A stretch of 64,000 nt of DNA from NCBI GenBank assembly GCA_964016885.1, contig OZ024740.1, positions 43,896,001-43,960,000 on the forward strand. The letters run 5' to 3'. The notes beneath the pieces were generated by a model that did not search any database, had not been told where the DNA came from, and saw only the letters and a list, made by a program, of their open reading frames with translations. This stretch comes from Eledone cirrhosa. Its lineage: Eukaryota. Made by a program: the position numbers and the translations under genes. Positions 14,532-27,055 of the stretch are shown here, piece after piece. Within the stretch, counting starts at the first letter, position 1. Every line of letters begins with the position of its first letter.

Positions 14532-15177
14532 GTATTTGTTCTAGTAAGTTTTTATGTTTGCGTTATGTATTTATAATCCAAGGCAGAAATAAATGCAAGG
14601 CAAGAGAAACCTGAACTGATGAATGTGTGTCAAAAGACACAGTTGACCTATTTTTTAGACCAAAGGTACCCAACCCATTTCGGCCAAACGCCGTCGTTTA
14701 CCCTCGAAATCACGAAACGCCCCTCTACCCTATTTTTCCATTTTTCAATATACTACTGATTTTGATATCAGTAGATTACTGGGCCAAATCAAGTTGAGTT
14801 AGTATCTTTAAAAAATACTCTCACGAATTAAATACAAAAAAGTTTCAGTCCAAAACAAAAGCAAGCTATTACAAATTATATATTTTTGAAAAAAAAAAAG
14901 ATTTAATCTCAGTCGAAAAAGCTTTTTTTTTAAATTCTATATTTCACTGTTAGCTGTTGTAATATTTTGAGTGGATAGACAATTCTACAATTCAAACTGT
15001 AAAGTCAAAATACAAAAGATGCAAAATATTTCTCTGAAATTACAAACTCAGGGGAAAAATAGTACCTTGCAAAATAAAATACCTCGTAGCAAAATAAAAT
15101 AGCAACGAATGAATTGAGAAGCTTGGAGACAGTGAGAAAGCCATATCTGTATCCTTTATATATATATACATAGATAG

Positions 15178-15289
<112 letters not shown>

Positions 15290-15687
15290 CGTGTGTGTGT
15301 GTGCCTTGGTTTTGGTACAGAAAGAATTTGTCTCCAGTTTTTATAGCCAGGTCAAAGGCCACTACTCTTTTCAACAACGCTAAATAACAACGCCATATAT
15401 ATACATATATATAAATGAAGAGAGAAAGAGGGAAGGACAGAGAGAGTAAGAATTGTGTATGTGCGTGTTTGGTACACGTCTATCTATTTATCTATATATC
15501 TATCTATCTATCTATCTCCAACAGGGTCCTCAAACATGGTAGACTCGACTGAAAAAAAAAATATATATATATGTGTGTGTGTGGGTGTGTGTATTATATA
15601 TATACACACTTAAATATAAATGCATGTATATATACAAATGTATAAATGCATAGCTATATACATACGGAAATGTATGTATGTATGTAG

Positions 15688-15774
<87 letters not shown>

Positions 15775-15807
15775 TATACACGGGTGTGTATGATTGTGTA
15801 TAGAAGA

Positions 15808-16197
15808 TTATATTAATAAAAGGAATTCGAACTTTGTCTGAGTTACTCGTTTTATTCACAATCCTTTAAAATTTATAATGGTATTAGAATGATATAGTAT
15901 GGTAGAATATTAAATGTTAAGTGTTAATTGAACAAGTATTTTCATGCTTTCGCAATCTTCAGGTTCATAATGTGTGGTGATAGTCATATTTGCAATTTTC
16001 AACTGTTGAAAATTGCAAACTTGACTGTCACCACACATTATGAACCTGAAGATTGCGAAAGCATGAAAATACTTGTTCAATTAACACTTAACATTTAATA
16101 TTCTACCATACTATTTCATTCTAATACCATTATAAATTTTAAAGGATTGTAAATAAAACGAGTAAATCAGACAAAGTTGGAATTCCTTTTATTAATA

Positions 16198-16200
<3 letters not shown>
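15808..16200. repeat. ~390-bp near-perfect palindrome of a pLTR, with two opposing hammerheads (15928-15967 minus, 16041-16080 plus)
   Basis: Centre caac-t-gttg at 16004; arms mirror to the TA flanks; TGAAC-CTGAAGA-ttgc-GAAA-gcat-gaaa-atac-TT-GTTCA on each arm. Confidence 0.9.
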
Positions 16201-16241
<41 letters not shown>

Positions 16242-16246
16242 AAAAG

Positions 16247-16350
16247 GTATGACCCCGACGGCAGAGCTCAAGCCGTTTCGACGGCTATTTCTGGACTAAA
16301 TTACAATTTTTAGCCTGGTGAATAAATAGCCGAACTTGTCAAGGGGATAC
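16247..16350 (-). ncRNA. Type I hammerhead variant (core UUGACAA) in 3' pLTR of PLE
   Basis: Minus: gtatCCCC-[TTGACAA]-gttCGGCTATTT...AAATAGCCGtc-[GAAA]-CGGC-ttgagctct-GCCG-[TC]-GGGGtcatac; GUC triplet. Confidence 0.75.
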
Positions 16351-17036
16351 TTCCTTATATGGGAAGATTGTAGTTGTCAAGAGGATTGGATAAAATTTGT
16401 TGTAAACACAAATAAGTCTATCATGGCATTTGGTGGGAGGTAGGGTTGGCTGAACTTGCCTGTAGAACAATAGGGGAGTCAGTGGAGCGGGCAAGCGTTG
16501 AAAGTGATATGTATACAGCAGATTCTAAGGATAGTGTATGAAATGGAGGAGGGAGATTATAGAATAGGTAAATCGAATGAGAGTACGAGACAATAAAAGA
16601 TAATAGAAATAAATAAAAAAATATATAAAATTAGATAGTGAGAAATGAATAAAAAAAATCACAATGCTATCTTACAATTACAGGTTAATAAGTTGAGAAT
16701 AGAAAAAACTTGTAGAAATTGAGTAGTACCAGAACTGATAAAGAATTAAAGGGGTTTAACACGTCTGATATAAGTAGTTAGTAAAACGTATTCGGCCAAT
16801 TCTATCATAAAATTACAGGGGTGAGGGAACTGATGCTACAGAGGCCCGATGGGCTGCATCGGGGTAGGCGAAAAGGGAAAAGCGGACGAGGAAGAAAATA
16901 GGGGGTGGAAGGAAGTGATAGGATAAGACAGGGGGAAGAAGAAGACAAAGAGGAAAAGGAAAGAGATACATCTACCTATGTAAGCTGGGGTTTCCCCTAA
17001 CTTATTCGGCAAGTGGGGGGGTGTATCAGCCCTTGT

Positions 17037-18151
17037 CTACCCACCCGGGTCGTTATGGGGTTTGAGGACTAGGTAAGTCCTATGCAATCTGTGTTTGCAT
17101 GCGGTTACGAGTTCGTCTTTCTTGTTTAGGAGTTGGTCCTTCGAAAACAACATTTGTAATGTTTCCTCCGAGCATAAGTTACACAGACGGCGTCCTCCCA
17201 TGTAAGAGTTAGCTCTGGACAGTAAGCTCCAAGTGAGATTGTAGGTTATATTATTATCTTGGAGGTCCCAGATGTGGCCCAAAAGTGTAGTGGCATGACG
17301 CCAGACCGGGTTTCGGAAAGTATGTCGGTGTTGGTAGAGCCAGGTCTTGAAGTCACACGCGGTCAATCCTATATAAGCTTTGTGGAGGTGTCCGTCCTCA
17401 TGTTGCACTGGTAGATCACGTTCCGTTATCGGCATCTGTTTTTGATGGGGTACATGGATCTATCAGGACAGTTACACCTCCTGGTCGGCTCTCCACTGAT
17501 GTCTAGGTTATTTCTTCCATAGGGGTTTAGTTTTTTGTTGTTTGAGGAGACGATGTTTTGTGCGAAGTTAGGTGTGGTGCTCTAGGAGAGTTTGATGGTG
17601 TTTTTGTTGATTATGTTGTTGTAGCGGTGTTGTAGTGGGAAGTATTTTTTGAGGTGTCTAAAGAAGATTTTCCCGATAGGTGTTGCCACCTCGGCATTAT
17701 GGGGAGAATTGAACCACGTTACGTTGCATGAGCGGCGGTGTCGCCTGCTGGTTCCGCTAAGGGAAGCTGGATAAAAGGATATTTCCTCCTGGAAGCCACT
17801 CCGCTTGAGGGCCTGGTTGTAATGAGGCACATGTTCGTCGAATATCTGCTCATTAGCGGACAAACGAGATATGCGGAGGGAGATATTTTTAACCAGGTTA
17901 TTGGTGATGTTTCTAAGATGGTTAGAGCGGCGGTGGATGTAGTGCAGGTTGTCGTTTGGTTTCCTGTATGTGTAGTACAGATCATTTTCGAGGTTAAGGG
18001 TAACATCCAGGAAATTGACTCGGGTTAGGGACGTTTGTAGGGTGATTTTAAATCCCCAGTTCCGGAAGAAGTTGATTAGTTGTTTACGGACCCGGTCTGT
18101 ACTACTGGGGTTGTACCCTTTGAGGGTGAGGAGCCCATTATCCCGGTACAA
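17037..18151 (-). pseudogene. PLE RT thumb + GIY-YIG endonuclease fragments
   Basis: ORFs 17582-18151 and 17037-17435 with stops/frameshifts between. Confidence 0.87.
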
Positions 18152-20632
18152 TCAACCACCGAATGCAGGAAATATTTCGGGGGTGCGCATATGCCCCCCT
18201 TTGAGAAGCTTTGCTTTAGACTATCTAATATATTACTAATAGTCTATTTACTCTCTTTCTTTCTTACTTTCCCTTTCTCTCTCTCTCTGTCTCTTTCCTC
18301 CCTCTCTCTCACACGTTTACCTTCCCCTTTTCCTAAAGATTTGTTATAGTGTTGATTAAAATATATATTTTGGCGTTGACTTTATCAGCAGCACCATAAG
18401 CACCATAACAAGCACTTTACATACATATACACACATTCTCTCTCCTTCTCTCTCTTTTCTATCTCTCAAGAACACATAGACACTCTTATCATTTCTTTTC
18501 CAGCATGAGCGACGTTTTACATGGGATGGGTTTAATGCACGTAATAGATATATGCTATGCCTTAAATGAGATGGTTATATTGTATGTAATGTGGCTGAAC
18601 AACCCTAAGAAAGCCCCCTCTTTAAAAACTTGTAGGTTCTAGTGAATGACATTCAGAAGAAACAAAGTCCGTAGCTCAATGGTAAAGATGTAAAGTTACT
18701 TTGTGAAGTTACTTTGTCAAGTTACCTTGAGCTTATTTAATCGTGACACATTTGAGTTAATAATTATTTTTCTGAAATATGGCTTTTGCGTTTTTGGTCA
18801 TCGATTATCCGATCGTCTACGTAACCTTCTCTAACTGGCATTTTAAACACTTCCGTTATCTCGGAAACGATATAATATTTCACACTTGAAAATCGCTTCA
18901 ACCAACCACTTTAATGTTAAACTTTGAAAATCCACTTTTAAGATCTTTTCTAATTACCAGACTTAACCACCATTTAAACTATAGAGAATCGTGTGTAATC
19001 GTGTCATACGTAAGAATCGAAATGCAAACAATGTATAGATATGTCATTGCATATAAAGTATGTATTGATATTTCAGATCAAAGAAACCCAAACATAGCCT
19101 AATGAGTGTAGCGATGTTTATGATGGGAACTAAATGGATATTTCCTAATCAATATTTAAGGATCGATATTTCATACTTGAAATATGTGTCAAATATAGAC
19201 TCTGTTGTCATAAGCTTTCAATATCGATATCGATCTGCAATGATATTTCTTCTCATCAATTTATTTATGAACTTACACATAATTGCTTTTGTTTATCTGA
19301 CACCAAATTGTTATTGAATTGTTCATTCTTTCTTAAAATGTCAGATCAAGAGTTTATTACTTTGGTTTATATTAAAAAAAAAATTCATAAATGTTTCTTT
19401 TAACGTCTTAGTCAGAGAACAATGGACAACGTCGAGGGCTGTTGGAGATTTCATGGGAGGAAGGACAAAGTTATTCTGAGACTAAAGATCTAGTCCGAAT
19501 AATTACAGCATACTGTGAGTCAAACTGGAAATTTGAATTACAGATACAATGCTTGGGTCGACCCAGGCTAATATAAAAGCACTATGATAAAGACTCTCGT
19601 TCAAGATGTCATGTAGTGGGAACAGTTCGACCTCACGCCAAGAAATATTCCTAGACACTCAATGATGCTATGACGACATATATTTTGTAAACTGATAAAT
19701 CTTCGAAAAATATAAAAGGAAATAAAGATACCAATTCGGTTTTGATTTTCGCGATGAAGTCTTTACGACCATATCTACTTAGATTCTTTTTTGATAAATT
19801 TAAAATGATGATTTAAAGAAGTTATTTATGATTTGTTATGCTGCTCAAGTAGTCTTACATTTCAAATATTTTATTTTAGTTATTTTAAAATGTTCTTTTC
19901 TTAGTTCCTATAAGTAAGCACATTAGTGTCTGGAAATATCATGTTCAAATTCTGAATAGTATTGGGCAAATCATTTATAATATACATCATTCAATATTGA
20001 ATGTTCGCATGCTGAATTATACAACGGTCCACCGTTTAACTTTATTATTTGAAATCTGTCTAATAAGTATGACGGAACACCATTTCCAAGTATATTTCAA
20101 GAACAGGCATTTCAAGGGCATTAAAAAAATGTTAACTATTTTATTTTGTTTTCATTTCTAATCAATATTTTTTTTCAATAAAAATATATCTTTAGAAGTC
20201 AGGCAAGCGTACTCTCCTTTAGTTATTTATACGACCATTTCTTATTTTCGAATAAGGATGATATATAATAGAACCAAAAAGCTGATCATACAGCGGGAAA
20301 GTGTTACTGAAATTAATCGACACTCATAAATGATTAGTATATATGTTATTAACTGAAGTGTTAACCCACAAAATCGAGTCACGGGATCTGGGTTGAAATT
20401 TTCCGTGGTAAAGTCTCAGCAAATGTGTCCACTGTCCACTGGGATTATAAAGCAACACTTGGGGATTTGCAATACAAAAGTCAGAACGATGGGAAATAAA
20501 ATATGCTAGATAAATATTTTGGATGGCAATTTTATATATATTCAACCCTATGGACAACGACGCACTAGAAACTAATAGCAGTTCTATTAATACAAACCTG
20601 TTTGTTTAAGAGTGTTTTTATATATATATATA

Positions 20633-21456
20633 TCGAACTTCGAATATGCTGTACTATTCTATTACTATCTCCTAGACCTAATGATTAATTGATTAATTTA
20701 ATTTAACAATTCCATTGATTGGTTGATTATTTGAGTTTGTTTAATAATGGTCAAATGATTAATAGATTAATTTAATTTGACAATTCCATTGATTGGTTGA
20801 TTATTTGAGTTTTTTTAATAATGGTCAAATGATTAATAGATTAATTTAATTTGACAATTCCATTGATTGGTTAATTATTTAAGTTTGCTTAATAACGGTC
20901 TGGTTGAGTGCTTAATTCAGTTTGTGTATGGAGTTTTTTCCATTGCCCATTATTTTTGAATTGACCGCCAGAAACTGGGGATACCTCCCTTTGGAGTAAC
21001 ATGTGCTTCACACCGGGTTTTGGGCTAGAACGAAAGCCTGTTGAGAAAGTAAATTCCTCTGTTCGATCTTCCAGAAACCTAACTTGTATACACCATAAGC
21101 GGATTTTGTTGATTTCGGATTTACAGAAACCTCACTTGGATATTCAGTAATTTCCAAGTTTTGGTCCAGGTATGTTATATATACAGATATCTGCATATAT
21201 GTATGTATGTATATTTTTATATGTATATATGTGTGTGCGTGTGTGTGTGTGTGTGCGTATTTCCTTTTCTCACTAGTCAGTTCTTTCGTTGCTACAGATC
21301 ACGCGGATGAATTAGCGGTCGCTATTTTCAATTTGCAAAGCCCTTTAAACTGCATTTTATTACTCTGAGGTCTATTCCTTGTCGAGTGCTTGGCTGCACT
21401 GCTGAAGGCATTCATTGGCTTAGCTGCTGATCGAACTTCGAATATGCTGTACTATT
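20633..21456. repeat. ~800-bp TA-flanked unit with 26-bp terminal direct repeat
   Basis: tcgaacttcgaatatgctgtactatt at ~20633 and ~21431; TA runs on both sides. Confidence 0.6.
20681..20900. repeat. 74-bp minisatellite, three copies
   Basis: atgattaat..ttccattgattgg.. starts at 20681, 20755, 20829. Confidence 0.9.
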
Positions 21457-21468
21457 GTATACATATAT

Positions 21469-21854
21469 ATGAAGGACTCACTTTTTCATATGTATCCCAT
21501 TTGCAACGCTGCAGCTCCATTATTATCATATTTACACATATATTTTTTCCATGCTGCCATTCGTGTTTCGTTTGTATCTTTACCCTTTCTAGCAGTCTCT
21601 CTCTCTCTGTTAGCCTCCTCCTCAACTTTCACTCACTCATTCTCTGTCACTACCTCTCCTCCTCCTCTTTCCTCCTCCTCCTTCAAGTTTGACCTGTGTG
21701 TAATTCTTTTCTCGCGCGGTCTTGACCAAGCTGGTATGGAATTTTTTTCTCTCTCTCTTTCGTCTGCGACTTCACAAAACTTACGTTTACTGAATTCGTA
21801 GAACAGACCCCTTTATCTTCTTCTTCTTCTTCTTCTTCTTCTTCTTCTTCTTCT

Positions 21855-21889
<35 letters not shown>

Positions 21890-23347
21890 TTCTTCTTCTC
21901 TCCTTTTTCTCTCTCTCTTTTTTCCCCCCCGTCAAACTTGGGCGAAATTCTTTCCTTGCTCACATTTCAACCAGGTTTGATGGTCTTTTGTCTCTTGTTC
22001 ACGATTTCACAGAGTTTATATTCATAGAGATCTGGGACTTGTCTATTTCTACTCACTTTCCGTTGCTAAAACTTTTTTGTTGTTACTCTGGCGTCCCCCT
22101 TTATTTACGTGTCCCAACGACTTTTTTTAGCCGTTGTTCGCACCAACCCGAGGCATATGGCCCTTAAAGCGATGAAATGCCCAGGACGGTTGGAGGGTCA
22201 CTGATGAAGGACTCACTTTTTCATATGTATCCCATTTGCAACGCCGCAGCTCCATTATTATCATATTTACACATATATTTTTTCCATGCTGCCATTCGTG
22301 TTTCGTTTGTATCTTTATCCTTTCTAGCAGTCTCTCTCTCTCTGTTAGCCTCCTCCTCAACTTTCACTCACTCATTCTCTGTCACTACCTCTCCTCCTCC
22401 TCTTTCCTCCTCCTCCTTCAAGTTTGACCTGTGTGTAATTCTTTTCTCGCGCGGTCTTGACCAGGCTGGTATGGAATTTTTTTCCTCTCTCTCTTTCGTC
22501 TGCGACTTCACAAAACTTACGTTTACTGAATTCGTAGAACAGACCCCTTTATCTTCTTCTTCTTCTTCTTCTTCTTCTTCTTCTTCTTCTTCTTCTTCTT
22601 CTTCTTCTTCTTCTTCTTCTTCTTCTTCTTCTTCTCTCCTTTTTCTCTCTCTCTTTTTTTCCTCCCCGTCAAACTTGGGCGAAATTCTTTCCTTGCTCAC
22701 ATTTCAACCAGGTTTGATGGTCTTTTGTCTCTTGTTCACGATTTTACAGAGTTTATATTCATAGAGATCTGGGACTTGTCTATTTCTACTCACTTTCCGT
22801 TGCTAAAACTTTTTTGTTGTTACTCTGGCGTCCCCCTTTATTTACGTGTCCCAACGACTTTTTTTAGCCGTTGTTCGCACCAACCCGAGGCATATGGCCC
22901 TTAAAGCGATGAAATGCCCAGGACGGTTGGAGGGTCACTGATGAAGGACTCACTTTTTCATATGTATCCCATTTGCAACGCCGCAGCTCCATTATTATCA
23001 TATTTACACATATATTTTTTCCATGCTGCCATTCGTGTTTCGTTTGTATCTTTACCCTTTCTAGCAGTCTCTCTCTCTCTGTTAGCCTCCTCCTCAACTT
23101 TCACTCACTCATTCTCTGTCACTACCTCTCCTCCTCCTCTTTCCTCCTCCTCCTTCAAGTTTGACCTGTGTGTAATTCTTTTCTCGCGCGGTCTTGACCA
23201 AGCTGGTATGGAATTTTTTTCTCTCTCTCTTTCGTCTGCGACTTCACAAAACTTACGTTTACTGAATTCGTAGAACAGACCCCTTTATCTTCTTCTTCTT
23301 CTTCTTCTTCTTCTTCTTCTTCTTCTTCTTCTTCTTCTTCTTCTTCT

Positions 23348-23382
<35 letters not shown>

Positions 23383-26300
23383 TTCTTCTTCTCTCCTTTT
23401 TCTCTCTCTCTTTTTTCCCCCCCGTCAAACTTGGGCGAAATTCTTTCCTTGCTCACATTTCAACCAGGTTTGATGGTCTTTTGTCTCTTGTTCACGATTT
23501 CACAGAGTTTATATTCATAGAGATCTGGGACTTGTCTATTTCTACTCACTTTCCGTTGCTAAAACTTTTTTGTTGTTACTCTGGCGTCCCCCTTTATTTA
23601 CGTGTCCCAACGACTTTTTTTAGCCGTTGTTCGCACCAACCCGAGGCATATGGCCCTTAAAGCGATGAAATGCCCAGGACGGTTGGAGGGTCACTGATGA
23701 AGGACTCACTTTTTCATATGTATCCCATTTGCAACGCCGCAGCTCCATTATTATCATATTTACACATATATTTTTTCCATGCTGCCATTCGTGTTTCGTT
23801 TGTATCTTTATCCTTTCTAGCAGTCTCTCTCTCTCTGTTAGCCTCCTCCTCAACTTTCACTCACTCATTCTCTGTCACTACCTCTCCTCCTCCTCTTTCC
23901 TCCTCCTCCTTCAAGTTTGACCTGTGTGTAATTCTTTTCTCGCGCGGTCTTGACCAGGCTGGTATGGAATTTTTTTCCTCTCTCTCTTTCGTCTGCGACT
24001 TCACAAAACTTACGTTTACTGAATTCGTAGAACAGACCCCTTTATCTTCTTCTTCTTCTTCTTCTTCTTCTTCTTCTTCTTCTTCTTCTTCTTCTTCTTC
24101 TTCTTCTTCTTCTTCTTCTTCTCTCCTTTTTCTCTCTCTCTTTTTTCCTCCCCGTCAAACTTGGGCGAAATTCTTTCCTTGCTCACATTTCAACCAGGTT
24201 TGATGGTCTTTTGTCTCTTGTTCACGATTTTACAGAGTTTATATTCATAGAGATCTGGGACTTGTCTATTTCTACTCACTTTCCGTTGCTAAAACTTTTT
24301 TGTTGTTACTCTGGCGTCCCCCTTTATTTACGTGTCCCAACGACTTTTTTTAGCCGTTGTTCGCACCAACCCGAGGCATATGGCCCTTAAAGCGATGAAA
24401 TGCCCAGGACGGTTGGAGGGTCACTGATGAAGGACTCACTTTTTCATATGTATCCCATTTGCAACGCCGCAGCTCCATTATTATCATATTTACACATATA
24501 TTTTTTCCATGCTGCCATTCGTGTTTCGTTTGTATCTTTACCCTTTCTAGCAGTCTCTCTCTCTCTGTTAGCCTCCTCCTCAACTTTCACTCACTCATTC
24601 TCTGTCACTACCTCTCCTCCTCCTCTTTCCTCCTCCTCCTTCAAGTTTGACCTGTGTGTAATTCTTTTCTCGCGCGGTCTTGACCAAGCTGGTATGGAAT
24701 TTTTTTCTCTCTCTCTTTCGTCTGCGACTTCACAAAACTTACGTTTACTGAATTCGTAGAACAGACCCCTTTATCTTCTTCTTCTTCTTCTTCTTCTTCT
24801 TCTTCTTCTTCTTCTTCTTCTTCTTCTTCTTCTTCTTCTTCTCTCCTTTTTCTCTCTCTCTTTTTTTCCTCCCCGTCAAACTTGGGCGAAATTCTTTCCT
24901 TGCTCACATTTCAACCAGGTTTGATGGTCTTTTGTCTCTTGTTCACGATTTTACAGAGTTTATATTCATAGAGATCTGGGACTTGTCTATTTCTACTCAC
25001 TTTCCGTTGCTAAAACTTTTTTGTTGTTACTCTGGCGTCCCCCTTTATTTACGTGTCCCAACGACTTTTTTTAGCCGTTGTTCGCACCAACCCGAGGCAT
25101 ATGGCCCTTAAAGCGATGAAATGCCCAGGACGGTTGGAGGGTCACTGATGAAGGACTCACTTTTTCATATGTATCCCATTTGCAACGCCGCAGCTCCATT
25201 ATTATCATATTTACACATATATTTTTTCCATGCTGCCATTCGTGTTTCGTTTGTATCTTTACCCTTTCTAGCAGTCTCTCTCTCTCTGTTAGCCTCCTCC
25301 TCAACTTTCACTCACTCATTCTCTGTCACTACCTCTCCTCCTCCTCTTTCCTCCTCCTCCTTCAAGTTTGACCTGTGTGTAATTCTTTTCTCGCGCGGTC
25401 TTGACCAAGCTGGTATGGAATTTTTTTCTCTCTCTCTTTCGTCTGCGACTTCACAAAACTTACGTTTACTGAATTCGTAGAACAGACCCCTTTATCTTCT
25501 TCTTCTTCTTCTTCTTCTTCTTCTTCTTCTTCTTCTTCTTCTTCTTCTTCTTCTTCTTCTTCTTCTTCTTCTTCTTCTTCTTCTCTCCTTTTTCTCTCTC
25601 TCTTTTTTTCCTCCCCGTCAAACTTGGGCGAAATTCTTTCCTTGCTCACATTTCAACCAGGTTTGATGGTCTTTTGTCTCTTGTTCACGATTTTACAGAG
25701 TTTATATTCATAGAGATCTGGGACTTGTCTATTTCTACTCACTTTCCGTTGCTAAAACTTTTTTGTTGTTACTCTGGCGTCCCCCTTTATTTACGTGTCC
25801 CAACGACTTTTTTTAGCCGTTGTTCGCACCAACCCGAGGCATATGGCCCTTAAAGCGATGAAATGCCCAGGACGGTTGGAGGGTCACTGATGAAGGACTC
25901 ACTTTTTCATATGTATCCCATTTGCAACGCCGCAGCTCCATTATTATCATATTTACACATATATTTTTTCCATGCTGCCATTCGTGTTTCGTTTGTATCT
26001 TTACCCTTTCTAGCAGTCTCTCTCTCTCTGTTAGCCTCCTCCTCAACTTTCACTCACTCATTCTCTGTCACTACCTCTCCTCCTCCTCTTTCCTCCTCCT
26101 CCTTCAAGTTTGACCTGTGTGTAATTCTTTTCTCGCGCGGTCTTGACCAAGCTGGTATGGAATTTTTTTCTCTCTCTCTTTCGTCTGCGACTTCACAAAA
26201 CTTACGTTTACTGAATTCGTAGAACAGACCCCTTTATCTTCTTCTTCTTCTTCTTCTTCTTCTTCTTCTTCTTCTTCTTCTTCTTCTTCTTCTTCTTCTT

Positions 26301-27024
26301 CTTCTTCTTCTTCTTCTTCTTCTTCTTCTTCTTCTCTCCTTTTTCTCTCTCTCTTTTTTTCCTCCCCGTCAAACTTGGGCGAAATTCTTTCCTTGCTCAC
26401 ATTTCAACCAGGTTTGATGGTCTTTTGTCTCTTGTTCACGATTTTACAGAGTTTATATTCATAGAGATCTGGGACTTGTCTATTTCTACTCACTTTCCGT
26501 TGCTAAAACTTTTTTGTTGTTACTCTGGCGTCCCCCTTTATTTACGTGTCCCAACGACTTTTTTTAGCCGTTTTTCGCACCAACCCGAGGCATATGGCCC
26601 TTAAAGCGATGAAATGCCCAGGACGGTTGGAGGGTCACTGATGAAGGACTCACTTTTTCATATGTATCCCATTTGCAACGCCGCAGCTCCATTATTATCA
26701 TATTTACACATATATTTTTTCCATGCTGCCATTCGTGTTTCGTTTGTATCTTTACCCTTTCTAGCAGTCTCTCTCTCTCTGTTAGCCTCCTCCTCAACTT
26801 TCACTCACTCATTCTCTGTCACTACCTCTCCTCCTCCTCTTTCCTCCTCCTCCTTCAAGTTTGACCTGTGTGTAATTCTTTTCTCGCGCGGTCTTGACCA
26901 AGCTGGTATGGAATTTTTTTCTTTCTCTCTTTCGTCTGCGACTTCACAAAACTTACGTTTACTGAATTCGTAGAACAGACCCCTTTATCTTCTTCTTCTT
27001 CTTCTTCTTCTTCTTCTTCTTCTT

Positions 27025-27055
<31 letters not shown>

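Larger units (their letters stand above)
16247..18151 (-). mobile_element. Penelope-like element (Naiad-like), 5'-truncated
   Basis: RT end (YRDNGL, VNFLDVTL, YRKPND..YIH..SNH), CNC linker, GIY-YIG remnant (AYIGLT..FK, CNLCSEE), downstream hammerhead. Confidence 0.88.

Noticed and set aside
22130-22221. Resemblance of the array motif to U6 (ATGGCCC..GATGA), SRP helix 8, box C/D, SECIS, twister or pistol
   Set aside because: Each lacks essential elements (no ACAGAGA box, GNRA loop, terminal stem, twister UAA/P1 or pistol P3). The hammerhead reading explains all conserved blocks together.
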